Assembly: GCF_004010195.1 (NCBI RefSeq)
Contig: NC_057719.1
Coordinates: forward strand, 15,422,107 to 15,454,317
Origin: Chiloscyllium plagiosum
Lineage: Eukaryota
Direction of reading: 5' to 3'
DNA length: 32,211 nucleotides
Below are positions 1-11,346 of the stretch, piece by piece. The notes under the pieces are model-generated. The model did not search any database. It was not told the DNA's origin and saw only the letters and a list, made by a program, of their open reading frames with translations. A program made the translations under genes and the position numbers. How positions within the stretch are numbered: the first letter of the stretch is position 1; each line of letters starts with the position of its first letter.

Positions 1-1124
1 CACTGCCTGCCATTCTGAAATGGAGCCGTTTATCACTACTCTTTGTTTCCTGTCAGCCAACCAACTTTCAATTCAAGTTAGTACTTTGCCCCCAATACCA
101 TGCGCCCTAATTTTACTCACTAACCTCCTGTGTGGGACTTTATCAAAAGCTTTCTGAAAGTCCAGGTACACTACATCTACTGGATCTCCCTCGTCCATCT
201 TCAGAGTTACATCCTCAAAACATTCCAGAAGATTAGTCAAGCATGATTTTCCCTTCATAAATCCATGCTGACTCTGACCTATCCTGTTAGTACTATCCAG
301 ATGTGTCATAATTTCATCCTTTTATAATAGACTCCAGCATCTTTCCCAACACTGAGGTCAGACTAACTAGTCTATAACTTCCTGCTTTCTCTCTCCCACC
401 CTTCTATAAAAAGTGGTATAACATTAGCCACCCTCCAATCCGCAGGAACTGATCCCGAATCTATCAAAGTCTGGAAAATAGTCACCAACGCATCCACGAT
501 TTCTCGAGCCACCTCCTTCAGTGCCCTGGGATTTAGACCATCAGGCCCCGGGGACTTATCAACCTTCAGACCTAACAGTCTCTCCAACACCAATTCCTGG
601 CAAATATAAATTCGCTTAAGTTCACGTCCTTCAGCCACTGTTACCTCAGGGAGATTGCTTGTGTCTTCCCCAGTGAACACAGATCTGAAGTACCAATTCA
701 ATTCTTCTGCCATTTCTTTGTTCCCCGTAATCCCCTGTTTCTGTCTTCAAGGGCCCAATTTTAGTCTTAACCATTTTTTTGCCTTGCACATACTTAAAAA
801 AGCTTTTACTATCCTCCTTTATATTTTTGGCCAGTTTACCTTCGTACCTCATTTTTTCTCTGCGTATTTCCTTCTTAGTAATCCTCTGTTGTTCTTTAAA
901 AGCTTTCCAGTCCTCCATTTTCCCCCTTTTCTTTGCTATGTTATACTTTTTCTCTTTTAACTTTATATGTTTCTTAACTTCCCTCGTCAGCCACGGCATC
1001 TCATGCCTCCTCCTAGGATCTTTCTTCCTTTTTGGAATGAACAGATCCTGCATCATACACAGAAATATCTGCCGTTGTTCCTCCACTGTCATCCCTGCTA
1101 AGGTATTGCACCATTGAACTTTGG
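1..1124 (-). mobile_element. CR1 LINE ORF2 fragment (RT region), 5'-truncated, continues beyond the window start
   Basis: Frameshifted ORFs give KSPGPDGL, WRVANVIPLF, QHGFMKGKSCLTNL and VYLDFQKAFDKVPH. Confidence 0.93.
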
Positions 1125-2788
1125 ATGTTTTCTCTTCAAGGACAATCTAGTTAACTATTTAAAGATTTGGTGCCATTCATTTAAAACAAAGATGAGGTGA
1201 AATTTAGAGAGATTAAGTGGAATTCTAAATCTTTTGAACTTTCTCTCTGAAAATGTGGAAGCATGGTTTTGTAATATTTTTTATGGCAGAACTGGTTGTA
1301 CTCTTGATAAGAAAGAGGGTGAAACATTATTGGGGTGGATAGTAATGTGGATTTGAATCTCAAAGTCTACTTCTGTTCCCTGTTTGTACAAGGACGTGCA
1401 GATGTATAGTAGCACTAGCTTTTGCACAAATACTGTCTAAGGTGTTCTGACTTGGAATTGTATTGTCAGCCATCGTTGTTCTTGTGTCAAACCTATATTT
1501 CATAGCTGCAACACTTCAAAGTAACAGGGTTTTAGCAATACACGATCCTATATTTCAACTTAATCATGGCTGTTAGTTAGACACCATAACCAGATACCTT
1601 ACGGTCACTGACCCCAAGATTATATTTTATTATTTAGAAGCTCATTTGGCTTATTTTAGTTCATCCGTTCAAAAACATTGTAAATTCTTACTACCCTCCC
1701 TTCTCATCCCAAACCCACACCACTTTCGTATGTAATGGATTCTTGAAGTCCAGATTTTCAACTCGGCTCTATCTGGGGGCTCATCCATTTGTTGATTGTT
1801 GTTTGTGCACAGAAAAAATCAAGACAGGATTCTGAATTTGAACTTTACTGGCATGAACTCATGTTCCCAGTTTTAACTTTTTCATACTGTTAGCTTCCAC
1901 ACATTATCAACTTTAATTGTTGAAGTGCCAAAGAAGTTTCTCCAGTCCAATAGAACCTTAATTTTAACACTGAATTATCTAACAAAGGTGTTTGGATACA
2001 AATGGAGATGTGAGTGCAAGATTTTACTTTCCTTTTCATTTCCCAAGTTTCCTGAAACCAGTTATGTTGCCACCTTAGATCCTCTGCTTCCTCAATAACC
2101 GAGATTAAACCTGTAAATCTCCTAGTCTAAGTTTGCCTCTTTATACGCTATGTATGCACAGTTATCATGACTGCATATTTGTTTTTTCCATAATTGGGAA
2201 CAGCTTTAAATATCAATATTCACGTTTGCTAAAAGTTTGCTAAAGAGTAAAGAGAGTGGATTTTTGCAGATCTGTTCGAATGGAGAGATATTCAAAATTT
2301 TGTCTAAAGTTTTAAAAATTATTTTCTATTCACTAATACTATTTCGTATCAAAGAGATACAAAGATCTACTAAAGATTCTGAAGTTTTATGGAGGAAATA
2401 GGAGTTTAACAAATCTGTCTGCTTCCCAAAGATATTTCAACTAAGTTTCATCCAAAGATTTTTTGGTTAAATTGATAAGCTTTAAATGTTTTTAAAGGGA
2501 TAGTATTTGCATCTCACTGGCGCTCCATTTCTGCAGTGCAGTGATAGCATGTGAGTTTTCACATTAATGTATTAAAAAAAAATTACAGGTAACTAGTTAT
2601 TTGTATCAGATACAGTTTGGGAAGCATTGACATCTTCCTTAATTTTAGTTTTTCAATAGAATTGCATACATTCCATGTCAATAAAGTTATAAGCGCATGG
2701 CTGTGATTCAAGAATTTGTAGTTATGTTTAAATGTACCTTGCAAAACACTGACTTTATTATCCTTTCATATTTTGGATGCTCTTTTAG

Positions 2789-2974
2789 CCTACTATCCAA
2801 CCTCCAGAGAATCCAGAGGAAGCAGAAAGATTGAAAATGTTGCAGGCAGCTGCAGCTCAATGGCAGCAACAGCGCATAGAATATCAGCAGCAGAACATGA
2901 TGCAACAACATAATCAACTACAGCAACTCCTGCAACAGTACCAACAGTTGATGCAGCAAATACAGCACATACAG
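2789..2974 (+). CDS. ylpm1: YLPM1 internal exon A (Gln-rich; PTIQPPENPEEAERLKMLQAAAAQWQ...QQIQHIQ)
   Basis: Acceptor tcttttAG at 2787-2788; 186 nt, phase 0-0. Translation matches the recalled human segment EDPEEDARLKQLQAAAAHWQ...PPHIQ. Donor is non-canonical CAG|GCTAGT; an alternative in-frame GT lies at 2996. Confidence 0.88.
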
Positions 2975-3102
2975 GCTAGTGCCATCAAGTTACATGTTTG
3001 TGTTATATACTTTTGCATGGAAATGCCAAGAGGTTTGTTTTTTAAACCTCTACTGTTTAAGCATTCATAACAATATTTCGGCCATACAATATAATAAAAG
3101 AA

Positions 3103-3374
3103 ATAGAATGCCTATAGTGCAGAAAGATGCAATTCAGCTCATCAAGTCTGCACTGACCCCCCACCCAGACTCACCCTATCCCCATAACCTGACATTTACC
3201 ACAGCTCATCACCTAGCCCGCACATCCCTGGACACGATGGGACAATTTAGCAAGGCCATTCCACCTAACCTGCACATCTTTGGACTATGGGAAGAAACCA
3301 GATTACCCAACGTGCAAACTCCACACAGAGAGCTACGCAAGGCTGGAATTGAACCCAGGTTTCTGGTGCTGTGA
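3103..3374 (-). mobile_element. HE1-like tRNA-derived V-SINE, partial
   Basis: B box GGTTCAATTCC on the minus strand at 3345-3355, V-domain TGTGTGGAGTTTGCAC, and a CR1-like tail. Aligns by eye to 10933-11256. Confidence 0.82.
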
Positions 3375-3409
3375 TGTTTTGATTCTGAGAATATAGAAAT
3401 ATTAGTTGT

Positions 3410-4390
3410 TCCTGAAGTATCACTCCCAAAACTATGCACAATACTTTGTGCCCTTATAAATGAAGTTTAGAATAACGTATGCCTTTTTAACAACTGTCTA
3501 TCTGTCCCTGGTACAGGTAGTGTCTCTTTCCAACACCTAAGTCTCTCTCCTCCTATGTGTCCTTTAGAATAGTACCCTTCAGTTTATAATGTCTGTCTGT
3601 GCTTTTTATACCAAAGTGTATCACCTTCCAATTATTAGCATTGAAGTTTGATCTGTTTTCAATCAGCTGTTCCACCAATGCATTATATCCTTTTGAAATT
3701 CTACACTGTCATCCCCACAATGAACAGTTCTTCCACATTTTGCAAACTTTTAAATTACATGCTGCACACCAAGTTCTAGATCGCACATTTATCAGTAAAG
3801 GTCCCCATATCGACTCCTGGGGAGTGCCACTACAGAACTTCTCCCAGCTCAAAAACAAGACATCAGTTTTTTTTTATTTCAGTCCAGTTGGCCTAGCCTT
3901 ATTTTTGCCCTGTTGAACACCACTCTCCATCAGTTGATTAGTCATATTCTGGAATGACCCACCCTCCTTCAAAGACCAAATCTAGCAGTGCCACTATTGT
4001 TGTTGGGCTGGACATATATTACTGTTGGAATTTCTCCTGAACACAATCTAGGAAAGCTTGCCTTTTGCCGCCCTTTACACTACCCAGTGATATCGAAGTA
4101 ATTAAAGAATTCTATTGCACATCTCTGTATTTTCCTAGGAGATTTGTTTCTCCAAATCCTTCCCACTAGTTGATGGTCTCTAGATTACACTGAATAATAT
4201 AATTGCACCTTTGTTTCTTTAAGTTTATTCAAATCGGTTCTTGAACCCCCTAAAACATTGTTTCTGTCCAGTACTGCAGTGCAGTCCTTAACCAAAAACA
4301 CCACTCCACCTCCTCCTATTCCTTTCTTATTTTTTCAGAACAACATGTAACCATGAATATTTTACACCCAGATTTGCCATGCCGTATGCC
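3410..4390 (-). mobile_element. Old, heavily decayed CR1 fragments
   Basis: Residual RT motif (reverse complement of ctcctggggagtgccact, SGxPQxS-like), a CR1 C-terminal-like segment near 3410-3500, and endonuclease-like remnants at 4030-4390. Confidence 0.5.
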
Positions 4391-4499
4391 AGGTCTCAGA
4401 GAGATTTTGGAAGTGGCCACTCCCACAGTTCTGGATTGTACAGACAGAGGGAGATTGTAAGACATTCAGCACCAAGGAAGTAGTGCAGGAGCTTCTGAG

Positions 4500-5386
4500 A
4501 GCACCATGTGCTTGAATGAGTATCCTGTTTTTCATACTCATGCAGGAAATGGTTTTTGTGGGAAGTACACCCAAGTCAAGTGATCCGTGATGCCATAAGT
4601 GGCTCAGCTGTATGATGAGTACAAGGAACGTCTGCAAATAATGTTGCTAGGGAAGATTCAGTAGCTGGGAAACCTAAAGGCATTCCAGGTCTCGTAGATT
4701 TATTTCCAGGATGATACATTTTCTTCTTGCTGCCTCAGTCAAGAATGTCACTCAAGGAGTTGACAGTACCCTGAGATGGGGAGGTGAATAGCTGTAAGCC
4801 ATGATCTACATCATTATTTTTGAGAAAGGTATAAAGAAAGATGCAGTCATATAGGCTCTTAGTTGACTGATTGGAATTTTTTCCATATTTAACTTTAAAG
4901 TGTGACCTCAATGGTGGTAATCTGAAGATTCCACTTGGTACCAGTTGACATATGATGTGGATTAGGGGCAGTGGAACAGAAGGGAAAGCATTAAATTGCT
5001 GGGCATTGTGACCAGTTGCGATGGAATCTGTAAATATTCATTGTACTCCGCTTGGATAGAGGATTGGGTGATTGGCAGCAGGCAGAGAATAGGGATAAAG
5101 GGGCCTTTTTGTTCAGGATGGCAGTCTGTGACGAGTGCAGTTGCACAGAGGTCAGTGTTGACACCACAGATATTCAAGCTGTACATTAATGATCTGCATA
5201 AAGGAATTGAGGGCATCCTTACTAAGTTTGCAGATGGCAAAGAGGTAGACAGCGGGACAGGTAGTGTTGAGGAGGAGGGGAGGCTGCAGAATGACTCAGA
5301 CTGGCTAGGAGAGTGAGCAAAGAAATGGCAAATGGAATGCGCTCTGGAAAAGTGTGTGGTTATGCACATTGTTAGGAAGAATAGAG
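4500..5386 (+). mobile_element. Sense CR1 fragment, left part (decayed ORF1-like remnant, then RT)
   Basis: ORF 4996-5316 reads WIEDW...GWQSVTSAVAQRSVL...YINDL...LTKFADG. The left boundary is uncertain. Confidence 0.75.
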
Positions 5387-8300
5387 TTAAACGGCACGGA
5401 AAGAGACCCTTGGTTCAACTCTACATGCCGACCAAGTTTTCCAAACTAAATTATCCCATTTGCCTGCACTTTGCCTATATTCTTCTAAACCTTTCTTATT
5501 CATGTCCAAATGTCTCTTAAATGTTGTAACAAAATCTATCACTTAGTCTGATGGTTCATTCCACGTATGAACCATCATCAGTGTGAAAAAGTAGCCCTGC
5601 AGCTCCCTTTTTAAATGTTTCTCCTCTCATCTTAAAATTAAGCCTTCTAGTTTTGAATTCCCAAACCCTAGAGAAAAGACATTTGCTATTCACCTTATCT
5701 ATGTCCCTCATGATGCTAAAAACCTCTGTCAGGTCACCCCTCAATGTCCTACACTCCAGTGAAAAAATCTTATCTAGACTCTCCATATAACGTAAACCCT
5801 CCAGCTCCAGTAGCATCCTTGTAAATCTTTTCTGCATCTCTCCAATTGAATTTTCCTTCGCATAGCAACCAAAACTGTATACAGTACTTCAAAAGTGGCC
5901 TCACAAGTATCATGTACAAACGCAACATCATGTACTAACTGTTAAACTCAATGTTCTGAGCAATGAAGGCAAATGTTCCAAATGCCTCCTTTATCACTGT
6001 GTCTGCTCGTGACACAACTTTCAATGAACAATGTACCTGAACCGCTAGGTCTCTCTTCTGCAACACTCCCCAGTGCCCGATCATATTCTGTGCAGGTCCT
6101 GTTCTTGTTTGTCTTACCAAAATGCAACACCTTGCATTTATCTAAATTAAACTCCATCTGCCACTCCTTGAGACATTGGCTCTATTGGTCAAAATCTCTG
6201 TAATCAGATATACTGTATATTCCTCACTGTCTACTGTACCACCAATTTTGGTGTCATCCGCAAATTTACTAAACATGCTTCCTGTACTCTCATCCAAATT
6301 AGTCATGTAAATGACAAACAACAGTGGAGCCAGCACCCTTCCTTGCGGAACACTGCTGGTCACAGGCCTCCAGTCTGAAAAATAATGCTCCACCACCACC
6401 AACAACTGTCTCCCATCTGCAAGCCAATTTTGTATCCAGTTGGCAAGCTCTCTCTAAATCCCATGTAATCAAACTTTACTAATCAGTCTACTATGTCTTA
6501 TTAAAGTAATTCCCTCTCTAATGGCACTGTGGGTCAACACACAGCAGGTGGACTGGAGCAGTTCAAGAAGCAGCTCACTACCATCTTCTCAAGGTCAACT
6601 AGGGATAGGCAATAAATGCTGGCCAGCCAACAGTGCCCACATCCCAAATGAATAAATTTAAAAATAAAAGGTCCATGTAGACAATGTCTACCACTCTGCC
6701 CTTATCAATTTTCTTGGTCAGATCCTCAATAAAAGTCAATCAAGTTGGTGAGACACGATCTCCCATGCACAAAGCCATGCTAACTATCCCTAATCAGTCT
6801 TTGTCTCTCCAAATGCATGTAAATTCTGTCTCTCAGAATCCCATCCAACTTAGTCACCACTGATGTCAGACTCACTGGTGTACAGTTCTTAGACTTTGTT
6901 TGCAACCTTTCTTAAATAAAGGCACAACTTTAGCCTCTAGTCTGCTGTCACCTCACCCATAGCTATAAATGGTACAAATATCTCTGATTGAGGCCTTGCA
7001 ATTTTTTCCCAGCTTCCCACAATGTCCTAGCATACACTAGATCAGGTCCTGGAGATTTATCTGCCTTTATCCTTTTTAAGACCTCCAACACTAACTCATT
7101 TGTTATGCAGACTGTTTTGAAGACATCAGTATTTATTTCTCTCAGTACTTTTTCCACAGTAAGTACTGAAGCAAAACATTTGTTCAGTATGTCTCCTATC
7201 TCTTGTGGTTCCAAACATAGATGACCTCTTTGAGCTTTCAGGTGCCCATTCTCTCCCCACTTGCTCTTTTTCCCTTGCTCTATTTGTAAAATCTCTTCAG
7301 ATTATCTTTTACCATATCTGCCAAAGCAATCTCATATCCCCTTTCTTGCCCTCCTGATTTCCCTCTTAAGAATGACCCTATTGCCTGTATACTCTACAAG
7401 AGATTTAGTTGATCCCTGTTGTCTGTACCTGATGTGCTTTTCCAGTGCCACACTTTTTGACTCTGCTCTCCAGCATCTGCAGTCCTCACTTTCTCCACTT
7501 GCCATAGCCTCAATATGTCTATTCATCCATTGTTCCCTACTCCTACCAGTTTTATCCTTCACTCTAACAGGAACATGCTCCCTCTGAACTCCTGTTATCT
7601 CACTTTTGAAAGTCTCCCACTTGCCAGTTGTCCCTTACCTGCAAACAGTCTATCCCTATTGGCCTTACCCCAATTTAGAATTTTAATTTTTATACAAGGC
7701 TTCCATAATTATTTTGAAACTAATAGAATTATGATTACTGGTCCCAAAGTGCTCCCCAACTAATACTTCAGTCACTTGCCCTATATTACCACACTCTTGA
7801 CTCTTATTTCCCAAGAAATGATCAAGTTTTGCTCCTTCTGTAATAGATATATCTGTATATTGGTAAAAAGATTTTCTTGAACGCATTTAACAAATTTCTC
7901 CCCATTTGAGCCTTTAATACTATGGCAGCCCCACTTTGTTTTTGAAAAGTTAAAATCTCCTGCTATTACAACCATGTTAATATTACACATATCTAAGATC
8001 TTGTTACGTATTTGCTGCTCAGTTTCCTGCTGACTTTGGGGGGGTTCCTATAGTACAATCCCATTAAAGTAATCATCCCCTTCTTATTTTTTAAGTTCCA
8101 CCCATATTACTTCACTGGACAGTCCCCCAAGAATATTCTTTCTCAGTGCAGCAGTATGCTTTCTCTAATCAAAAGCACCACTCTCCCTTCTCTCTTGCCT
8201 CCCTTTCTATTGTATAATATCTAAACCCCAGATTATTGAGCTGCCAGTCCTGACCCTCGCTAGGCCATGTTCCACTAATAGGTACAATATCCCGGTCCCA

Positions 8301-8560
8301 TGTTCCCATACTTGTCCTGAGTTTATCTGCTTTACCTGTCAGGCCATTTGCAATAAAATAAATGTAGTTTAATTTTTCAGTTACTTCATTCTCTTACATG
8401 CTATTGCTTGCCTTGCGTGATTAACTTTCTGTCTTTAACTTCCGAACCATCCTTAGCTTTCTCTCCATTCTCACCTCTGCTTAGGAACCCCCATCCTAAC
8501 TCCATATTTGTTTTAGGGCTCCCGAGTAAAACTAGTAAATCTCCCTGTCAGGACTTTAGT
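5381..8560 (-). mobile_element. Antisense CR1 LINE (~3.2 kb; ORF1 C-terminus, decayed ORF2, 3' UTR) nested in the sense CR1
   Basis: Motifs VIAGDFN, FGTSNHNSI, KSPGPD, VTSSVPQGRVLAPLLFVIY, KFADDTK and MEFNLDKCKVLHFG occur in order; the 3' tail is at 5381. Confidence 0.92.
6507..6665 (+). mobile_element. 3' tail fragment of a CR1-group LINE (tail shared with Deu-SINEs)
   Basis: Reads ...cttctcaaggtcaactagggataggcaataaatgctggccagcc...cccacatcccaaatgaataaa; the same tail ends the SINE at 30638-30950. Confidence 0.75.
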
Positions 8561-8747
8561 AGCATAGACAATTTCTAAATGCAAAAAAGCTTCAGAAATC
8601 TGAGGCACATAGGGACTTGGGATTCTAGTTCAGGTTCAGTTGGAAAATGCAATATTAGTATTCATTCCAAGAGGCTCAAAAGATCGAGATGTACTGCTGA
8701 GGCTCTGGTCAGGCTCTATTTGGAGTATTGTGAGCATTTTTGGGTCC
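8561..8747 (+). mobile_element. Sense CR1 fragment, right part
   Basis: Resumes CR1 ORF2 where 5386 stops and encodes ALVRLYLEYCEHFW (LEYCxQFW motif). Confidence 0.8.
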
Positions 8748-9077
8748 ATTGTCCAGCAGGGCAGATGTGTCAGCAAGTTGCTGAAAAGTGCAGAAATATT
8801 AAGAGTTTTCAACATAAAGGTGTACAGAAAATATTTGTTTTCTATAATATTCTGATGAGTTTCAGGGAAATTCAGATTTGCTGATATATTGGTCAGTAAA
8901 GTTGTCTCACGGGTGATCAGTATTCGGTTTCCAGACTAATCTTCACATATGTTTTTAAATTGGGGGGAGGGGGGAGCTAGTTTTTGAATTAATTAGAAAT
9001 GAAGAAACTTTATAGGCTGTTTATGAAATACTAAATATGAAGTTGGGACTAAATGTAATGGGTTTCTTTTTCTTCAG

Positions 9078-9985
9078 TCACTGCCTCTGGAGATGCAGAT
9101 GAGGCACTTAGAAATGCAGCAGCAACAGTTTATTCCTCTGTATCAAGAATGGCAGCGACAGTTCCAGATCTGGAAGGCACAGCTCCAAGCATATCCGAAT
9201 AAAGATCAGCTCCAACAGTATGAAACTCAGTGGAACCAGTGGCAAGAGCAAATGATATCAACAAATCATCATTTCCAGGAAAGAATGGATGCTCTCAGAA
9301 ATGTTCAACAGCAGTACATGAACAGTCAATCCCAGAGTTATTTGGGAAATACATCAAGCAGTCTGATGTCTCAGGCTGCACCAATGCCACCCATGGGATT
9401 GCCTCCGACACCACCAATTGCTGGTTCTTCTGTAGTTTCAACACAAGGAACAGCAACCTCACCAGCAGACCCAGCTTCTTCAGAACCAGAAAGCTCACCT
9501 GTTTCCAGGGCACTTCCGGTGGTGTCTCAGGCCCCACCATCATTATCTCAAACTCCTTTGCCAGTGACTCAGGCACCTCCACCAATGACAATGGTACCCC
9601 CACCAATAACTGTGCCACCTCCACCATTGACTATGCCACCTCCGCTTATGAATATACCTCCTCCACCAATAAATCTGGCCCCTCCGCCGGTCTCTCTGGC
9701 CCCTCCGCCGGTCTCTCTGGCCCCTCCGCCGGTCTCTCTGGCCCCTCCACTGGTGACTCAGGCCCCACTGCCAGTTTCCCAAGGTCTGCCATCAGCATAT
9801 CAGGCTGCTACCCCAGTTTCTCAGAACGCTACAGCTATCACAGAACAGAAGAGACCTTTAATTCCTGCACCACATGCTGAAGTAAAAGCATCATCTTCAA
9901 GTTCAAATATTCATAATAGTCGATTTGCGACATCTGGGATTAAGTCATCTGAGCTATTGCAAACTGGAGACCACAGGATGTCAAG
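9078..9985 (+). CDS. ylpm1: YLPM1 internal exon B (SLPLEMQMRHLEMQQQQF...YPNKDQLQQYETQW..., then Pro-rich)
   Basis: Acceptor tttcttttt cttcAG at 9076-9077, donor AG|GTAATT after 9985; 908 nt, phase 0-2. Strong match to recalled human MQLRHYEMQQQQFQHLYQEWEREFQLWEEQLHSYPHKDQLQEYEKQW. Confidence 0.95.
9501..9836 (+). repeat. Coding 21-bp (7-aa) repeat, 16 units, consensus VSxAPPP
   Basis: Heptads run from VSRALPV to VSQNATA (336 nt = 16x21), with a near-perfect core (tctggcccctccgccggtctc)x3 at about 9674-9750. Confidence 0.85.
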
Positions 9986-10932
9986 GTAATTATAAGTCCA
10001 TACAAATGTCTGTACAAACTAAGAGTCTTTATTCAATCAGGTGTAGTGCTTATGTTTGGCTTTGTCCAGTTCCTAGATTGACACAGTTACAAGCTAATAA
10101 ATCAATTTTCCTCTACTCTTAATGCTTGGTTTTGTTTCTGCTGATGAAATCAGTGACCTACTGAAGGTGTATGCCAGTTGTGATCTGTACATTGCTGCAG
10201 TTCATTGGATTTAAGAGCTGTGAATGTGTATTAAGTTTCCACTGTAATTAACTTTGTGACCTTTGCTGTGGGTCAGAATGAAAACCAGGTCTATCCTTAA
10301 TTATTGTGACTAAATGCATCTTTCATTATTCTCTGTTTTTCATGTTAGAGTTGAGTTCTGGACAAATGTCTACCTTGAGACCTTAAAGTGGCAAGTGTAG
10401 CTTTTTGAGGGACAGATAACTAACCAACATTGAATATAACCTAGTTTTTATTATATTTGCAAATGAATTGTCAATATGACCATTAAATTATAAAATTCTG
10501 GTTTTAATTCCTTTATTAAATCTTGTTTGCGTTTATGAAAAGCAGGTTCTTTTGGTTCAGTAAATTTATTTTGGGGAGATTATTTTGGAGATGTTGCCTT
10601 ATATTTTACAATTTGTAATAGGGAGGGCCAAAAACATCAATGTCCTCCTTTAAAAAGAAAATGTTTAGAATGGTGCATACTAAAGCTGTAGCCTGTGTTT
10701 CAAGCAGTGCAGTAAAGATTTTTATACTAAATATATTCCAGTGAATCAAAATAAGCTATTTATTAATGAATCAGCTGAAAAATGAACTGAAAAATAACTT
10801 TTAAACTAACTGTCTAGCATGCTGTGAAGTATCAAAATTAAATGATAGATGAGCTAGGATTAGTTAAATACTGTGTGTGACTTGTGAGCAGAATTTGATG
10901 TATTTTTTCCCACAAAAAGCAAAATAGACATT

Positions 10933-11256
10933 GACATAGACATAGAATCCCTACAGTGTGGAAGCAGGCCCTTCAGCCCAAGTCCACAACAACCTTCCAA
11001 AGAGTAACCAACCAGAGCCATTCCCCTACTATCCCATGTTTAACCCTGACTAATGCACCTAATCTGCACATCCCTGAACACACTGAGCAATTTAGCAAGG
11101 CCAATTCATCTAGCCTGCATGTATTTGGATTGGATGGTGGGAGGAAATCCACAGGGAGAATGTACAAACTCCACATAGTCGCCCGAGGCAGGAATCGAAC
11201 CTGGGTCCCTGGCACTGTGAGGCAGCAGTGCTAGCCACTGAGCCACTGTGCTGCCC
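10933..11256 (-). mobile_element. Near full-length HE1-like V-SINE
   Basis: Minus strand has 5' GGGCAGCACAG, A box TGGCTCAGTGG (11235-11245), B box GGTTCGATTCC (11191-11201), a V-domain remnant and tail CCACACTGTAGGGATTCTATGTCTATGTC. Confidence 0.9.
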
Positions 11257-11346
11257 AGACTTCATTGGTATTTGCCAGGAAATTGTTAAAAACAAACATG
11301 AGTTTAAATCATTTGTTAAAGTATTTTATATTTGGAACCCCTCCAG

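Noticed and set aside
1..1124. Intact, active reverse transcriptase gene
   Set aside because: It is frameshifted and 5'-truncated; all RT ORFs in the window are disrupted.
11185..11256. tRNA gene
   Set aside because: The A and B boxes belong to a SINE head that continues into a V-domain and LINE tail; there is no acceptor stem or oligo-T terminator.
11228..11346. N-terminal 40 aa of the 1641-aa ORF as a stand-alone gene start
   Set aside because: The start is a GTG inside an antisense SINE; homology and phase place the real boundary at the 11346 acceptor.
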